Of a stretch of DNA of 64,000 bases, positions 1 through 14,390 are shown in pieces. The position numbers and the translations under genes were made by a program. This stretch comes from Octopus bimaculoides (taxonomy: Eukaryota). The notes beneath the pieces are model-generated. The model searched no databases, was not told where the DNA came from, and saw only the letters and a program-made list of their open reading frames with translations. Numbering within the stretch: the first letter of the stretch is position 1; every line of letters starts with the position of its first letter. The DNA lies in contig NC_068997.1 of the NCBI RefSeq assembly GCF_001194135.2, positions 56,314,883-56,378,882 on the forward strand. The letters are read 5' to 3'.

Positions 1-70
1 ATATAAAGTGTATATATAGATATATAAAGTGTATATATAGATATATAAAGTGTATATATAGATATATAAA

Positions 71-72
<2 letters not shown>
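1..72. repeat. 21-bp minisatellite (ATATAAAGTGTATATATAGAT x~3.4) running into (TA)n
   Basis: Direct tandem units visible at window start. Confidence 0.85.
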
Positions 73-112
<40 letters not shown>

Positions 113-2882
113 TTAAAAGTATATGTATATATAGATATATATGTATATATATGCTGATAAATACTTATATCTATCTGTATGTATATATGTACGCAAGAAC
201 TATACACACACACATATATATGCATACACAAAAGTACACACACATGTGCATATATATATATGTATGTGTAAGACTTTTGTTCTGAATGTTGGCAAAAAGA
301 ATCCTTAGTACTGCAGTAAGAATTAATAATATATCATTTGGGTCTCGTCAATCTCCTGCTACTCTGAGTTTTGCCTCTTGATCAACCGGTTTGTCATAAC
401 TCACCCGGAGGCCCTGTACATTCACAGTTGCAACTCAGTGTAGGAAGAGTCTGTCTCAATCAAATTTTAAATGCATGAGTGTCCAACCAATCAGTCATTT
501 CTCTCGTGTTTGCTTCTCGGGTGAAACATGAAACCGGATTTAGATTTCAAAACTGAACCTCATTCCTTGCAAATAACCATATAATCAGAGGAAAATGCTG
601 ACAAGCTGACCATGAATTTTTGTTTTTCCCTGTTATTTGCTTGCTTATCTGACCCCGAAGATTCAACATCTTATATTACATTGTAGCAGAATCTTCTCCA
701 TAATTTCTGTTCCATTCTATAAGAACATACTAAAGTGATAGCTATTCGAGAATTGCAAATGACAGATGACATTTCAGTTAATCTGAATTCTCCACCTTAT
801 ATTTCAACGTATGACCTAAGTAATATGGAAGCACATAACATCATCAGAATTTCCCATTTTGTTGCAAAACCCATGACCGAAAATGGCATACCTTTAAAAG
901 TAAAAGACCACCAAAATACTGAAAGAAATTACTTACCACCACTTAATTACCTGCTAAGTGTATCACTTCAACTGTAAAAAATATCATCTCATCTGCAGAA
1001 TCTGCTTTAAATCTTATTGAATGCACAATGATGAATCTAAATGAGTGTATATATTTACCTAAAGAGCCATTTCACCTTTGCATCAAATTTCTAATCCATG
1101 TTATCAAGTGTAATAGATGTAATGGAGATTATATGGGATAATCTAACTCTGAGAAAGAGAGTTACTGTTCATCATCAACAGATGCAAGGTCCAGTGTTAG
1201 ATGTTTTATGTGCTTATTTTGTCTTGATATCATTCTTTAAGGAGCTGTTGTTTAGCCCCAGGACAAGCCTGACCAGTTAAACCTATGGTCAATACCATGT
1301 AATCTGCAAGTATTCCTTCTGATTCTATTTTACAGTTTGGGTTATATGGAATCATTCCATCCAATATAACTGCCCCATTCTAGTAGATCAGATGAGGGTA
1401 ATTTTGCTACTGTTTCTTAATGGCTGAGTAGCCACACACAAGTTACATCATTGGGTTAACAAGTGTAACCAAATGATCAATAAATATCAAGATATTTTGT
1501 ATTTCTTTAATTAATATGTATTTCTTTAATTATTATTGATCTGTTGTGAATATTTGATGTTTTCTACCAGAACATAAGTCTTGAAACGATGGGTGTCGGT
1601 TAACATTAGTCATACACTTTTTGAATAGCAGTAAGGACTTTCAGCACGGACCTCGACTGTCAACTTTCCACCATATTTACCAGGAACCAGAAACTTGCTG
1701 GTTCACCCCCTCTCTCTCTTTATCTCTGTCTCTATCTATTTTTCTCTTCTGTTGTTCCTCTCTTTCACTACCTTTGTATTAGCTTCTGTACACTTATGTA
1801 CTTGTCTTTATCTCTCACCACCCTCTCTCATTCTCCCTATCTCTTTGTATCTGTCAAATCAACTCCCTCCCCTTCTCTCTCCCTCTCTTTCTCTCCCCCT
1901 CTCTCTACTCATCAGGCATTGTTTGATATATTCTCTATATTCCCATAACAATGTCTCTATGTTTACAAAAACGTTATTTTTCTCTTTCAAACTCTGAGAA
2001 CTTTCAGTAGACTTTCTTTTTGTTTGTTTATTTGTTTGTGTGTTTATGATTGCTGATGAGCCCAATACTCATGTGTGTGTGTGTATGAGCTGATATGTGT
2101 ATGTTTTTGTGTACGTGTGCATGCTTGAATATATGTGTATGTGTCTGTATATGTGTGAACATGTGTGTGTATGTGTGTGTATGTATGCATATATGTGTAG
2201 ATGTGTGTGTGTGTGTGTGCATACTTGAAACTGGAACCTGCAGCTCAGGGTGATATACACCCACCTGTTTACATGCCATAACGAATCAGCAATAATGGCA
2301 CAGGTGAAATCCAGAATACATTTCTTTTATCTCCTCTGATGTCCATGTTGTCAATTTAAAGATCAATCAGTTTGTTTCTTGTCTGAAGATGTTACTCAGG
2401 CAAACATAGATTCACATGCAACCACACACACACACATAGCAAATCATCAGAATAATTCAACTTGTATATTATACGAAAGATTTTACTGATATTGAAAGAG
2501 AGAGCAAAAGACAGAGCAAAAGGGAGAGAGAGTGGAAAACAGACAGAGAGAAAGAGGGAGGGGGAAGAGAGTTCCAACAAAGTTTAGTCACCATGAAATA
2601 AAATGCAATAATAATGGTAACAATCACAGCTGTGTGGATAAGAAGTGCATTTCATTGCAGCTATATACAGATAGATGTCGGGTTCAATCTCACTACACAT
2701 TATTCTCGATATCTTCTGCAAGAGTCTTACATAACCCAAAGCGTTTTCCGGCAAAATTTGGTAGACACAAACTGTGGAATTTATTAAAGAGACTGTTTCT
2801 ATGATTAAATGATAAAACTACTCTGTTGTGATAGAATTAAGCGATAGAACTATTCCAAGTCACTTGAGGCCTTAAACCTTTA

Positions 2883-2975
2883 TCATCATCATCAGCGTTT
2901 TGGCATCCGTTTTCCATGCTGGCATGAGTTAGACAATTTGACTGGGAATGGTGAGCTGGAACAGGCTCTCTGGCT
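2883..2975 (-). mobile_element. (GAT)n-tailed RTE-associated retroposon 3' end, decayed
   Basis: catcatc...tccgttttccatgctggcatg matches the copies at 34133, 51813 and 52165. Confidence 0.65.
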
Positions 2976-3740
2976 TACCAGCCCCTATTTCAGTTAGAAT
3001 ATGCTGCCATCGTTTAAATTAATTTTGAAAATAACAAAGAATTTACTAAAAAAGCTTTGTCACAAATAAGCTTATTTAGAACATAAATTAGTCAGAAATT
3101 TTAATGAAAGGTTTTAAATTGGAACATTTTAAATGAATTTACGTCATAATATCCATCATAATACCAAGAACAGATTCAAGTGGTTTTGAATGCAAAGGAT
3201 CCAGAAAAGTCTCAGTGTCACAAGAATCTCTTGGATGAAGATAAATTCCTTTGCTCTGCCTGCAAGTCTTGAAGACCATGAAGATAGCCATGTGTGGTGT
3301 TCTGCATCCTTTGACTAAGGTTCCATAAAGAAATGGTAGAGTTTGGTATAGCAGTAAGAAATACATGAAGATATGCCATTTGCAGCAGCTACACTAGTTG
3401 CAGTTCTGTTGCAAATACAGGATTGTAGTTAGAGGAAGTGGATCTTTCGATTCCTTATTGATTTTATTGATTCCAAGATACTGCAGATGTCTGGCAAAAG
3501 AGAGAGAAACTAAAAGAAAATGAATAGGAACAGCATACTTCATTAGAGCTGGAATACAGATCAGAGATAATCCTAATGATTGATATACATGCAGGTATAC
3601 ACACACACACATACACACGTACGGATGGACATACATACATACATACATATGTATGTATGTAAATTGTCAGTGTAACATATATCTGTAACAAAAGCACACT
3701 TTAAAGCATAGAGCAGTAATGTTTCTACTTAAATGCATGC

Positions 3741-3794
<54 letters not shown>

Positions 3795-3891
3795 NNNNNN
3801 NNNNNNNNNNNNNNNNNNNNNNNNNNNNNNNNNNNNNNNNNNNNNNNNNNNNNNNNNNNNNNNNNNNNNNNNNNNNNNNNNNNNNNNNNNN
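3795..3891. other. Assembly gap (others at 7530-7539, 10457-10678, 17682-17691, 50985-50996, 56133-56224)
   Basis: Runs of N, all adjoining simple repeats. Confidence 0.99.
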
Positions 3892-3900
3892 AATGCATGC

Positions 3901-3965
<65 letters not shown>

Positions 3966-6299
3966 TATACACATAACTTTGACATTTAAGAAAACCTGTT
4001 TGATCATTGAAATGCTTGACTCTGAATGACAAAGCTCTCACTTCTTCTCAACAAGGCCGTGATAGATTGGTGAGTAAGGTGCATTCTCATTGGATAGCTC
4101 AGATCATGTGTGCAGTCAATGACTGTTGAAAGTTACTGTATATTATTGGTGGAGCAGGGTATTGCTACAGACATGAAGAGGCTGTTGACAGGGCAATTGA
4201 GAATAGCAAACTTCCCTGTTCTGGTTAGAAATTCCAGTGTAAAATGTTTCAGTAAAGTAAATGGGAGATTGTAGAAGTAAAGTTGAGGAAAGTATCAGTA
4301 AAACTTTATGGAAGTTATTAGTAGCAGAGGAACTGCAATTAATTTCATTCTGAACAGTAGGAAGATGATTCAGTTGTCATGTGAAAGAAACCAGTTGGCT
4401 AAAACATACGGATACTGTAATTGACCAGTAGAGAGCTGTACACACTACAGTTTGGTAGCAAAAAGACATATTTTCAACTATTTTGTAAAAAGGTATGACT
4501 GGTTGTTGCAATGTGTACAGTTTTCTACAGTCCTCTTTCCTGTTACACGAGGACAAAAATAACATCCAGCTACTACCAGCAGGAATAAATGCTGTTCATT
4601 AGATTTTAACACCTTCCATAAATTGTTGATGACACATGAATTTTACTGAATCTCAGATATTTCACACTAGAACAAAGTGGAATGCTTCTGTTCACATTGC
4701 TGATGTCCATTCTCAGATAGAAGCAGTCCATTACAGGTCAGGAGTCGCCCTTAACCATTAGCATTCACTGGAAGTCGACTGCCACTAATTATACAAAGTA
4801 ATTTTACAACAGCCAATCAGAATGAGCTTATTTATTATCCAATGGCAACTAGCCTTTATCTAGAAGCTTTGAGATCCTTGTCACTGAGAATCAAGCATAC
4901 AAATGGTGGGAGGGATTTTTTTCACTCGTGAAACATTAAATAATGCTTTTTCAAGTCAAATGATGATACAAATAATTATGAACTCAGTGGTTTGTAACAA
5001 GTGCTTCTTTCTTTCATATGTACACCTAGAAACACTTATAAATAGACACACAGACACAGAGAAACACACACATCGATAAATATATGTATCTGACAATCCC
5101 CTTACATTTTTCATCTACCAAATTTCCTTCAATAAGAATTGGTAAATGGCAGACCATATTTTCTTTAGATGCTGTACAGGGAGTTCATATTTGGTGCCAT
5201 AATATTGTAAAAAAACACCTCACTCACACAGCCACACCTTTAACCAACAATGGAATCATTTTGAATTGAAAACTTGAATTGCTGAGCAAGTATACTTGCT
5301 CTTGTTTACTAGAAGGAAATTTGGTAGGTGTTCTTTAATAAAATGGTTTAAAGAATTTTATTTATAGCCTTCTCTATTCTTGTTTCTTATTGATATTTCT
5401 GACTTCCCCCATTTACATTCATGCCATATTTCTCACTTCATTTTAAACTTCCTTGTCTTTTACAATCCAACCACATTTTCTAAGTTCTTTGATCCAAAAT
5501 ACCATATTCTCTAGTCTACTGCACCATCATTTTCGCTTTGCACATCCTATATTTCCAAAACTCTTGTGTTTTATCTATTCTGATCTTCAGGTTGGATTAT
5601 TTTCTTTTATTTGATTTCCTTTTCTAACTTTACCTCAACATACTTTTTAGTTTGCTTTCCAGATTTCTTTTATCTTTTTTTCTTAACTTTTGTTTTTTGA
5701 AAGCGATGGCCACAACTACTTCTTTCTCCAATCCACCTCTGATTGTTTTAGGTATTATTTCATACCATTTCTTACTGTGAGCTTTCTTTCTTCCCTTCCT
5801 AACCTTCACACTTTCTTTTCTATCTCTCATTTGTTATCTTCTACTTTACTTCTTCAATGCTTGCGTATTTCCTTTCCTGTTGCTTCTGTACTGTTTTCCA
5901 TTTTTATTCTCCAATCATAAAAGTGAAATAGTCAAGCAAGTCACATAGAAATAAAGCTAACAACAGCATACGGTTCAGAAATTCAAATCCATTGCAGCCT
6001 TTCTTCGTTGTCCCATTAAACCAGACAGTTTATTCGACACACATCAGTTCACCTTGCTCTCAAGAATAGATACCAAAATTCCAAAGAAACTTACCTGAGA
6101 TAGAATAATATCATGTCACACACAAATCTCTATCTCACCTGCTTCTAGTTCTCTGAGTTAACAAATAATATTTCCTATGTCTTTAACTTGCTTTTCTCTC
6201 TCATAGTTTTATTAGTAAGCTTCTGATATTCGGATAAGGTTTTATGCCACAAGGAGAAGAGGAATCAGACCTTTTATGCTGGATTCTTTGTCTGAGAGG

Positions 6300-6342
<43 letters not shown>

Positions 6343-6531
6343 TAATGTGTGTCTGTATATATGTAAGTATGTATGTATATATATATGTGTGTATGTATGT
6401 ACGTATATATATACATATATGTATGTGTGTATATATATATATATACAGATACATTTATACATATACATATATATAGACACACACATACACACACATACTC
6501 ACATATACATCCTCATCATCACCTACTAGCT

Positions 6532-6666
6532 TGAGCAAAGTTCAGAGAGCTCCTACCTCTGCTGGTGACAAAGGGCCTCTCACTCAGAGTGAAAGGTAGA
6601 CTGTATGACACATGTGTGTGAACAGTTATGCTACATGGTAGTGAAACATGGGCTGTGACTGCCTGA
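6532..6666 (+). pseudogene. RTE-clade LINE ORF fragment (post-RT region)
   Basis: Translates *AKFRELLPLLVTKGLSLRVKGRLYDTCV*TVMLHGSETWAVTA*; the (L)Y/HGSETW motif is typical of RTE elements; in-frame stops. Confidence 0.85.
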
Positions 6667-7539
6667 TGTTTCTAGGCTTGCAAGAAACATCACACACATA
6701 CTAAACAGAAACCGGTGTATTAACAGACTGCCATAGCATTGATTATAGAGTGCTAATTAAGAAACCGTTCTTTCTTAATGATAAAACATCATTTCCTGAA
6801 ACATGTTTGATGTCACTTGGTGTCACATGATTACTGAGTGTCCTGAACCCAAAGAGATGAATTCAATATCTCGTGTGACCACCGTTAGTGTTCATTTAAG
6901 ATACAAGTGATTAATAGTTTCTTCTTGTGGCAGCACATGTCTAAGCAGCGTCTCCACAACTGCCCTGTGTCTCCAAACACTATGCAAGCTCTGAGCATGT
7001 AGCTCTTATCTTTATATGGTGCACATGAAATTATATATATTTGTGTGTGTGTGTGTGCGTGTATGCCTGTTGAATATGGCTTAGTCTGCTGTCTCGTGTA
7101 GGAGCTACTCAAGTAAAACATTCTTGTTGACCAGACTGGAAAATACATATTCTTCCCAAAATGAAATGAATTCTTGTATCTCCACAGCCTTCATGAGAAT
7201 CAACTTCTGTCCCTTGCGACAAGTTTGTGTGCTTCATAATTTGAAGAAACTTGATGATAAAGCAGCGTTGGAATAAATGCATCATGTTAGCAAACTAAGA
7301 AAATCATGCTTTGAGTGTGATGGCGATTGGAGGTGGAGCTTGCTTTACTGCAGTTGAAAACCAGCACATTGTACAAAACACACAAACATACACTGTGTCT
7401 TTGTGACCTGCAGTGTTGACGCACACACACACACACACACACACGCTTACATCACATTCTTCTCGTGCTTACATCGACATGCACACACTCACACACACAC
7501 ACGCTTACATCACATTCTTCTCGTGCTTANNNNNNNNNN

Positions 7540-7572
<33 letters not shown>

Positions 7573-8100
7573 GAGAGAGAGAGAGAGTGAGTGAGTGAAA
7601 GGGAGAGAGGGTGTGTGTATCTATGCATATATATACATATATACACATGTACGTGGCTGGGTTTTAAAAACTATTATAATATATCATGACATTTATCGAA
7701 TACATTTTAATCAGATCTTCTCAAGTAAATAACTGCCACATTCTATAGAGATTTCCATAACTGGTGCTGCTGCTATGACGAATTAAAACCCGTTTTTATT
7801 GAAAATATGTTCAGCCTTATTCTTTCATACTCTCCTACTTTGCATCCATTTTACATTTCTATTTCAACAGAACTAGAAAAGAACATTGAATATATCTTCA
7901 ATGTATATATTTAATATATATGGCTAAAAATTAAACGTAAAATATTCTAAAGTATGAAATTTAATTACAAAAAGATATTTTGACTATAAAAAACTTGTTG
8001 CTTTTTATTGCTAATGTAACATATATATATATATAAATGAGTGTATCTACTTGTGTTTATGTCTTGACGTGTGTGTGTGTGGATATCTACCAACACAAAG

Positions 8101-8133
<33 letters not shown>

Positions 8134-8281
8134 TGTACACTAATGTATATGTAACACATGCGTATCTAAACCTGAATTTGTATATGACATATATTGTATA
8201 TATTATATATAATTATATAAGTGGTGCTCCAGCATTGCCACAGTCTAATGACAGAAACAAGTTAAAGAATAATAAAAAGAA

Positions 8282-8321
<40 letters not shown>

Positions 8322-9317
8322 CACATATGTCTATATACATATGTCTATATATATATATACACACATATGTCTTCACCTTATGTCTCTTCTACAAGAACCT
8401 ACTTGCCCTTCCCTCTCTCCATTCATATTTTAACCCCTCCTCTTCTCACAAAGATCCCATCCCTTCCATAGGATTTTTGTAGTCTTGTGAGCTATATGGT
8501 GACCTCACCAGTGTTGGGGTCATATAGAATACTGTCAAGGGGGTCAATATTTGGTAGTGCACCTTGCTGTAGAAGCAAGCCATGGCAAAGCAGACATAAG
8601 AGTATGATGTAGCCCTTGGGCCCATCAAATCCTGTCCAACCAACCCACTCTGGGACAAAATACGGGTTAAATCATAATGATGCACTGAAGATGATGATGA
8701 TTGTGATGATGATGACGATGGCAACAATGATGATGATTATGGTGATGATGATGATGATGATGATACATACAGACACATATATCTATATACCTGTATGTGT
8801 GTATTATGTGCTTTGTGTGTGTGTGTTTTGTCGGCAAATATGTAAAATTCCTGGTAATTACACTCCTAATCATTTTGCAGTGTGTGAAATTCTGTTAATT
8901 AAATCTATGCAGATAATGGGACAACAGTTATTTCTTACACAAATGATGGAAGAAAAAGAACATGGCTACTCTCTTCATTATTCACTTATCTGTCAACTTT
9001 TTGATTTGTTTACTCTTTTTTTATTCTTTTATTTTGTTTTAGTAGGAGAAATTAATTAATATAATTTATAGGGAATGAAATACACATTTACATATATATG
9101 TGTGTGAGTGTGTGTGTGCATATGGATACTTGACAACCTCCCCATTTCATAGAGGAAAAGATTAACTCTTATAACATGAAGGCTGTAACTGTTATGTAAT
9201 ATATTATACAGTAAGTTATGTTGAGTCCTTTGCAGAGTGTGAGGTCAAAATTGTACAATCTATGAGAATTAACTCACAATCCAAATATATGTGTGTATGT
9301 GTTATGTACACAGGCAC

Positions 9318-9353
<36 letters not shown>

Positions 9354-9354
9354 A

Positions 9355-9510
9355 TATAAAGTGGTTGGTGTTAGGAAGGGCATCCAGCTGTAGAAAACCA
9401 TGCCATATCAGACTGGAGTCTGGTGCAGCCTTGCAGCATGCCAGCCCTGGTCAAACCGTCCAACCCATGCCAGCATGGACAACAGACGCTAGATGATGAT
9501 GGATGATGAT
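9355..9510 (+). mobile_element. (GAT)n-tailed RTE-associated retroposon 3' end
   Basis: gttaggaagggcatccagctgtagaaaaccatgcc...ccgtccaacccatgccagcatgga...gatgatga, shared with other copies in window. Confidence 0.8.
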
Positions 9511-9622
9511 GAAATTGCATATACTCATGCAGTGTATAGTATATGTATATAATTATGTATATACATATACAAACACAGCAATGTTTTGATTGAAAAACTT
9601 CAGACAAGCACAAGCAACTGAA

Positions 9623-10190
9623 AGGAGAAATGAGAGATGGCTTTTTGCGCAGGCTGCCATCTGAGGTTACTCACTAAATTTCCAGCAACTCTAATGATTT
9701 TAGGAATGGTGAGCAATGAAGGTCATTTCATTCCACTCACATCTTTCCACGAGGAATTAGAATTGATGTTGCTGGATCTGATGTGATGATGGAGACTCTT
9801 CTCAAGTGAAAACGAAACCATTTTTTAATAAAAATTGGTGCACAGTTCTCAATAAGCTTCCTTACAAAATTTTTCTATGAATTCACCATAATCTATTCTT
9901 TGTAGCATATTATGGTTGCATAAGAAAATACGGTGTCCTTACAGGACATTTATATGCCAGACTTGAAAGAGAAGGAGACCATTCAACATCCTCATAATGC
10001 CATATCTTTTCTGAAGACCTCCATTCTTCAGGTGATGTCCAAAATGAATAATGACAATTTAGTGAAGGCATGCACATCAATGATTCCCATCTTGCATTGA
10101 ATTAAGCTTTGAAACTAATGGGGAATTCATTAAAGTGTCTTGTAAGAAAGCTTATTGAGAAATTGTGCACCAATTTTTGCTTGATTAAAG
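9623..10190 (+). pseudogene. Tc1/mariner-superfamily transposase remnant, rearranged
   Basis: 9623-9800 gives RRNERWL...TKFPATLMILGMVSNEGHFIP / HIFPRGIRID (frameshifts); ~9960-10085 gives KETIQHPHNAISFLKTSILQVMSKMNNDNLVKAC, resembling the C-terminal part of Tc1/maT-like transposases. Confidence 0.75.
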
Positions 10191-10377
10191 TTGCTTTATT
10201 AAGTTACCAAATATGTCCCCAAATGCCTCTCATACCTTCTATATAAATCTTCCAGTTTCCAACATTTGTTGCTTATATACAACAGGTGAGTGTTGAAAAC
10301 TTCTATACACGAATGTTTTCTCTACCATGTCATCCCCCCGCCACTATATATATATATAATATTATATTGTAGTGTAT

Positions 10378-10420
<43 letters not shown>

Positions 10421-10678
10421 CATTTATATATATATATATATATACATACATTTATANNNNNNNNNNNNNNNNNNNNNNNNNNNNNNNNNNNNNNNNNNNN
10501 NNNNNNNNNNNNNNNNNNNNNNNNNNNNNNNNNNNNNNNNNNNNNNNNNNNNNNNNNNNNNNNNNNNNNNNNNNNNNNNNNNNNNNNNNNNNNNNNNNNN
10601 NNNNNNNNNNNNNNNNNNNNNNNNNNNNNNNNNNNNNNNNNNNNNNNNNNNNNNNNNNNNNNNNNNNNNNNNNNNNNN

Positions 10679-10709
<31 letters not shown>

Positions 10710-11275
10710 TAGATATATATATATTCACTTACACACACACAGTATATATAGAATATTCTGTACACGTGTATTTGAATATATGAACATGTGATCAAACATT
10801 GGAGTGTGTGTGTGAGTGTGTGGAGAAAAATCATATTAAATTTTTGGTCTTCATTGCTTGTTTATGTAGAGAGCAGGAACTATAATGTCTTCAATGGTTT
10901 GTATTCTGTGTTGGCTTGTCAACAATTACTTAGCAGAGACCCTAAGGAAATCCTTGAAGATATAGATTTGGTGGAAATTGACTTGAATAAGTTTTTGCAA
11001 AAATAAATGATTTCCATATCATGAAAAAAAATAAAATAAATAATAAAATGATTTTATCAAATTCATATTATTTTTGTAGCATAGTTTGCTCTAAGCAGAA
11101 GTTTATCTTAAATATTTAGTCTGACTTCATTGGTTACCAATAAAGGACTGTACATACTTAAGAATCATGGTTTTCATATACATAAACCCATTAACATTCT
11201 GCTTCCATGTTCTTCTGACAAACCAATAGCAAACAAATCTGATAAATTGTTCCATTTGTTACAATCTTTTCTCAG

Positions 11276-11355
11276 TATCTGTCTTTGGTAATATTCTGGC
11301 AGAAACGACGTCCTCAAATTTTAAATCATGTAGATCCTTCAATAATTGAATTTTG
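11276..11355 (+). other. Candidate internal exon of an unidentified gene
   Basis: Acceptor tcttttctcag|, donor TTG|gtaagt, one open frame YLSLVIFWQKRRPQILNHVDPSIIEF; no homologue recognised. Confidence 0.25.
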
Positions 11356-13694
11356 GTAAGTCTTGATTCCAATGAGATTCAGGGTCAACAAGAAGAAATC
11401 TGCCAAGTTTGGAATACAAAATCAGAATGCAGTAAATTATTGAAATGGTAAAAGTTGTGGAACAAGGTTAGACAAGGGAAGATGCAGACGAAAATAAGAC
11501 CTGGATTTCTGTTTTCTGTCTGAGAGAATAAATTTTATGACAAAAAAAAAAGGGTGGGACTGGCTAGTTTGGCTCTTGCATACCACTGGTACTCCGTCCA
11601 TTAACTCCAGACTGATATGTAAAACTGGTTGGAACTGGATTTATAATGTGATTCTGAAGTAGTAAATGGGGGTTAATAGCATCTGATTTAATATCACAGC
11701 CATTTTCTGTCACAAGTCATGTGACTTAACATCGGTCATTTCCTGAATCAAATCATCTGATGTAATTTCCCAGTAGCCACTTCATGGATAATTTCTGTCA
11801 GTCCATTGTAAAACTTTGTCACTGTCTTTCTTAATTTTTTGGTTTCACCATTTATATCAAAATGAATTCCCTCATATTGTATATGGCTGCAACACTACAT
11901 CACATTTCTTATAACTTAACTAAAACCGCACACATAGTAAATAACAAATAATATTCTTTCATAAACAACATTATTAGTAAACATTATTTATATTCCAGTA
12001 AGTATGGGCGATCACTCAAGTCCTGTTTCATACTTATTAGGTCTCTTTAGGGGAAGTGTACTCTGTCTACAACTAGCAATAAAATTACCAAGTAAATATA
12101 CAGAAATGTATGTTTCTTGGCACAGACTGAGAGAATTTAGGCAAAATTCAATTATTCTAGAAAGTCTGACTTTGGATGTAAATTCTAGGAAATTGTTATC
12201 AATTATGATGACAAAAATACGACAGCTTCTCACCGTTTCTCGGGAAACTATGTATTTATGAAATAAATTTGATTATATATTGTCATTGTTGTTGTTATTG
12301 TCATCATCGGTTTTTAACCCTTGACTGGTCTTAGCTGAGTAGACATATGATCAATGACATGCCAAACGTGACCATTCCATCTATTTAGAGATATGTAGGA
12401 CTACATTATTTAATATGTCCTTTCTTTATCTAAGGCACCAGTGATTGAGTTCAGAAAAATTTGTCTGCTGCTTCTAACAGCTCAAATTTCAGCAAATAAA
12501 TTGTCATTAGCTCATCAAATATTGGTATATTACATTACAAGAGTCTCAGACTTCAGGGGAAAGGAATGAAAAAAGATTGGTGACAGTTCTGTCATTCTTT
12601 AGAGAATTAGAACAGTATGTAACACTAACCATTCAGTTTTCCTTGTTTCTATTAGTTTTGAATATAATGAAGAATTTAGGGAACAACTTTGTGATTATTA
12701 AGTTGGGATTTGGAAATTTTGATGGAATGTTTGAATTGAGAATCCTTTAAAATAAGATGTCCATATAAAAAAATCCAGGAGCTGCTATAGGGTACAGTTC
12801 GGGCTGAAGACAATGAGGTGCTTTCATGAAGTCACAAAATGTGTTAGAAATAGCAGCTAATCACACCATTCTAGATGAATACATTGCAGAATGTAATTAT
12901 AAATGTCTGAATCAGAAGACATGATAGTCACAGCTGGAATGGCTGTTACTAGATCTACTGAATGAGCTCTCTTCTTATAGAAGCCATTTAACAATTCATA
13001 GAATTGTGAACGTTTCAAGTTCAGCAAAAGTCCTTGAGAATATCTTAATTGGAGTTCTATAGTTTCTTCAACTCTGTGCTACAGCGGTAAATGGTATCCT
13101 TGAAGGTGAGGTGGTCAGGTATCTCTTTAATGAGATCACCATCGTTTTGCCAATTCCATTTCTCTGACAATTTAAAATTGACCTGAAGCTAGGCAACTAC
13201 AACCAGAAACTGAAACAGCGTCATAGGTATGTCCCACGCAAACAGCCATATTTTACTGCCTCATATTTATTTACTGTTAATAAAATAATATTTGCAATAT
13301 CGAGTGTCTAGTCTAATATCAATATCATTCTAATATCTATTCCATATCTAATATTTATTTCATTTTACAGTTTCAAGTAATTTGTCTGTTTGTTACTCAA
13401 ATTGAAGAAAATATTCCTGGTTTGTGGTTCTTTGCATTTGAAAACCACATCCTCCTCCTCCTCATCATCATCTTCGTCATCGTTTTAATTTCCACTTTCC
13501 ATGCTTGCATGAGTGAGATGGAAATTGTTGAGGCAAAGTTTCCCCAGCTGAATGCTCTTCCTGTCACTGACCATTGCCTGTTTCCAAGTGACATTCTCTT
13601 ATAACTAGACAGGTTGCTTCAGAAGATCACAGATGATGAACACTGCATATATGATGGTGATACTAGTTTACAACTGTCAGGTGATGTCAATGCA

Positions 13695-13732
<38 letters not shown>

Positions 13733-14017
13733 AACATAGAAGTACATATATACAATGGCTTTCCTTCAGTTTCTGCTTACCATTCCATTCACAACGTTTT
13801 AGTTGGCTCAACTCTATAATAAAAGGTGTTTGGCCAAACTAACACAAAATGGCACTGAATCAGAAATCATATCTCAAGGAAACAGAGCCTTTTACCACAC
13901 AGATGCCATGTCTGTGATGAGCTTACCATATTCCTAGATTGCCTAATTTCCAATAGATGTAAATTTTACTTTTTGTAGATCTAAAATTCTTCCATAATAA
14001 ACATTATGGAAAGTGCA

Positions 14018-14390
14018 GCTGTGTGGTAAGAAGCTTGCTTCCCATCCACAGAGTTCTGGTTCAGTCCCACTGCATGACACCTTGGGAAAGTGTCTTCTAC
14101 TAAAGCCTCAGGCCAACCAAAGCCTGATGAGTGGATTTGGCAGAGGGAAACTGAAAGAAGCCTGTCATATGTACGTATATGTGTGTGCTTGTCCCCACCA
14201 CCTCTTGACAACCGATGTTGGTTAGTTTCTTACCCTGTAAATTAACAGTTTGGCATAAAGACCAATAAAATCAGTACCAGGCTTACAACAAAACATTCTG
14301 GGTTCAATTCATTCCGCTAAAACCCCTTCCAGGCAGTGCCCCAGCTTGGCTACAGTCTAATGACTGAAACAAGTAAAAGATAAAAGATAA
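14018..14390 (+). mobile_element. tRNA-type SINE family A, near full length
   Basis: Head gctgtgtggtaagaagcttgcttccc...ggttcagtcccactgc; body; tail gactgaaacaagtaaaagataaaaga; many homologous copies in window. Confidence 0.85.

Noticed and set aside
800-960. Minus-strand FATKWEILMM peptide faintly like an ABCB N-terminus
   Set aside because: The match is too short, neighbouring exon-like segments are closed in all frames, and no other ABC motifs occur.
2052-2072. CTGATGAGCCCAATA motif
   Set aside because: No GAAA or stems follow; it runs into a microsatellite.
3730-3955. Apparent direct duplication of AATGCATGCATATG(TA)n on both sides of a gap; similar at 7420-7540 and 10410-10457
   Set aside because: Duplicated sequence abutting N-runs is the usual sign of unmerged contig ends.
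3667-4041. ORFs rich in YI/IY, HT/TH, VC/CV or poly-M/I/V across the window (e.g. 6201-6529, 10290-10834, 26874-27254, 39205-39878, 63524-63811)
   Set aside because: They are translations of microsatellites and N-gaps, not genes.
14018-14100. tRNA-like A/B-box heads
   Set aside because: They are SINE heads continuing into SINE bodies; no cloverleaf or acceptor stem, so not tRNA genes.
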